Shown piece after piece: positions 63,588 to 64,000 of a stretch of 64,000 bases of DNA. The DNA lies in the NCBI GenBank assembly GCA_045535515.1, contig JAZSLT010000016.1, positions 11,598 to 75,597 on the forward strand, given 5' to 3'. Positions within the stretch are counted from its first letter, which is position 1. Every line of letters starts with the position of its first letter. The notes beneath the pieces are model-generated. The model had not been told where the DNA came from and did not search any database. It saw only the letters and a list, made by a program, of their open reading frames with translations. The translations under genes and the position numbers were made by a program. The stretch comes from Clostridia bacterium. Lineage in GTDB: Bacteria; Bacillota; Clostridia; UMGS1883; UMGS1540.

Positions 63588-64000
63588 ATGAAAACTTGTG
63601 ATAAAACTAATAAAAATGGTGAGATGAACGTGTCGGGAGATGCTTTTTTTCAACGACTGTCCACAATTTATATTTCAAGCATAGTAAGTTTTTTTATTTT
63701 ATTTGTAATTGATGGCTACGAGACAATTACATTTTATAAGGCAGTATGTTTTTTTGTGTTGACAGGATGTTATGTACTGATTTCAATATTAGGCAGATTG
63801 GAACTTGTTTTAATTGGAACTCGGCGAATAGTACCTTTGCGTACTTTGTGGTTGAAATCACATATTTCTCAAAAAATGATTTTTATTTATTGGATGCTTA
63901 CGGCAATTTCTACATTATTATCAGTCGACATTAAAACTTCATTAATAGGAACTCTACGGTTTGATGGATTTTTAACTATTACATTATATTGTTGGATGTT
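63588..64000 (+). CDS. hydrophobic membrane protein, 5' part only (runs off window), in AT-rich DNA
   Basis: ATG at 63588 lies 8 nt after GGAG. Manual translation MKTCDKTNKNGEMNVSGDAFFQRLSTIYISSIVSFFILFVIDGYETITFYKAVCFFVLTGCYVLISILG... is open to the window end. Roughly 25-30% GC. Confidence 0.4.
   Translation, partial: MKTCDKTNKNGEMNVSGDAFFQRLSTIYISSIVSFFILFVIDGYETITFYKAVCFFVLTGCYVLISILGRLELVLIGTRRIVPLRTLWLKSHISQKMIFIYWMLTAISTLLSVDIKTSLIGTLRFDGFLTITLYCWM

Overview
The window is 64 kb of chromosome that is about 57-58% GC in most genes. The gene content points to an endospore-forming Firmicute of the class Clostridia. It carries a dense set of sporulation and germination genes: spoIIM, spoIIGA-sigE, yqfC-yqfD, spoIIP, an alpha/beta-type SASP, ypeB and ylbJ. 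Housekeeping operons are also present: nifS-iscU, pdp-xerD, proC, pntAA-pntAB-pntB, rsmD-pfkA, phoH-pgpH-ybeY-cdd, yajC-secD-secF, tsaC-thrS, rpsU, asnA, tRNA-Leu(UAA) and tRNA-Lys(CUU). Three stretches are AT-richer than their surroundings and look acquired: roughly 20.9-23.7 kb, 43.7-48.3 kb and 63.2-64.0 kb.

The strongest unexplained signal is a family of roughly 150-240 bp intergenic elements at three loci (about 21.0, 33.4-33.8 and 36.5 kb). Each is built from a 7-8 nt motif (TCGATATG/GCGATAT and its reverse complement CATATCGA) alternating with short perfect hairpins, and many of the hairpin loops are classic RNA tetraloops. Two copies sit directly behind consensus sigma-A promoters, and the third is bracketed by two intrinsic terminators. 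I read these as a candidate novel structured RNA or leader family, but I cannot verify that from sequence alone.

Other points of note:
- a 540-bp in-frame tandem duplication gives PntB two NADP(H)-binding dIII domains;
- a GH32-like protein has lost both catalytic aspartates;
- a FliB-like lysine methylase, a Lys/Pro/Ala-rich lipoprotein and an MBOAT/DHHW acyltransferase pair are clustered together;
- a single-chain HTH-GHKL-STAS protein sits in a low-GC islet;
- an NtdA/NtdC-like amino-sugar locus includes NagA and a ROK regulator;
- there is a short phage terminase remnant;
- an IscU-like gene precedes a GGGtGRT family gene;
- a promoter plus nested palindrome lie downstream of tRNA-Lys at the start of an AT-rich island.

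All calls come from reading the sequence and translations by eye; no searches were run.
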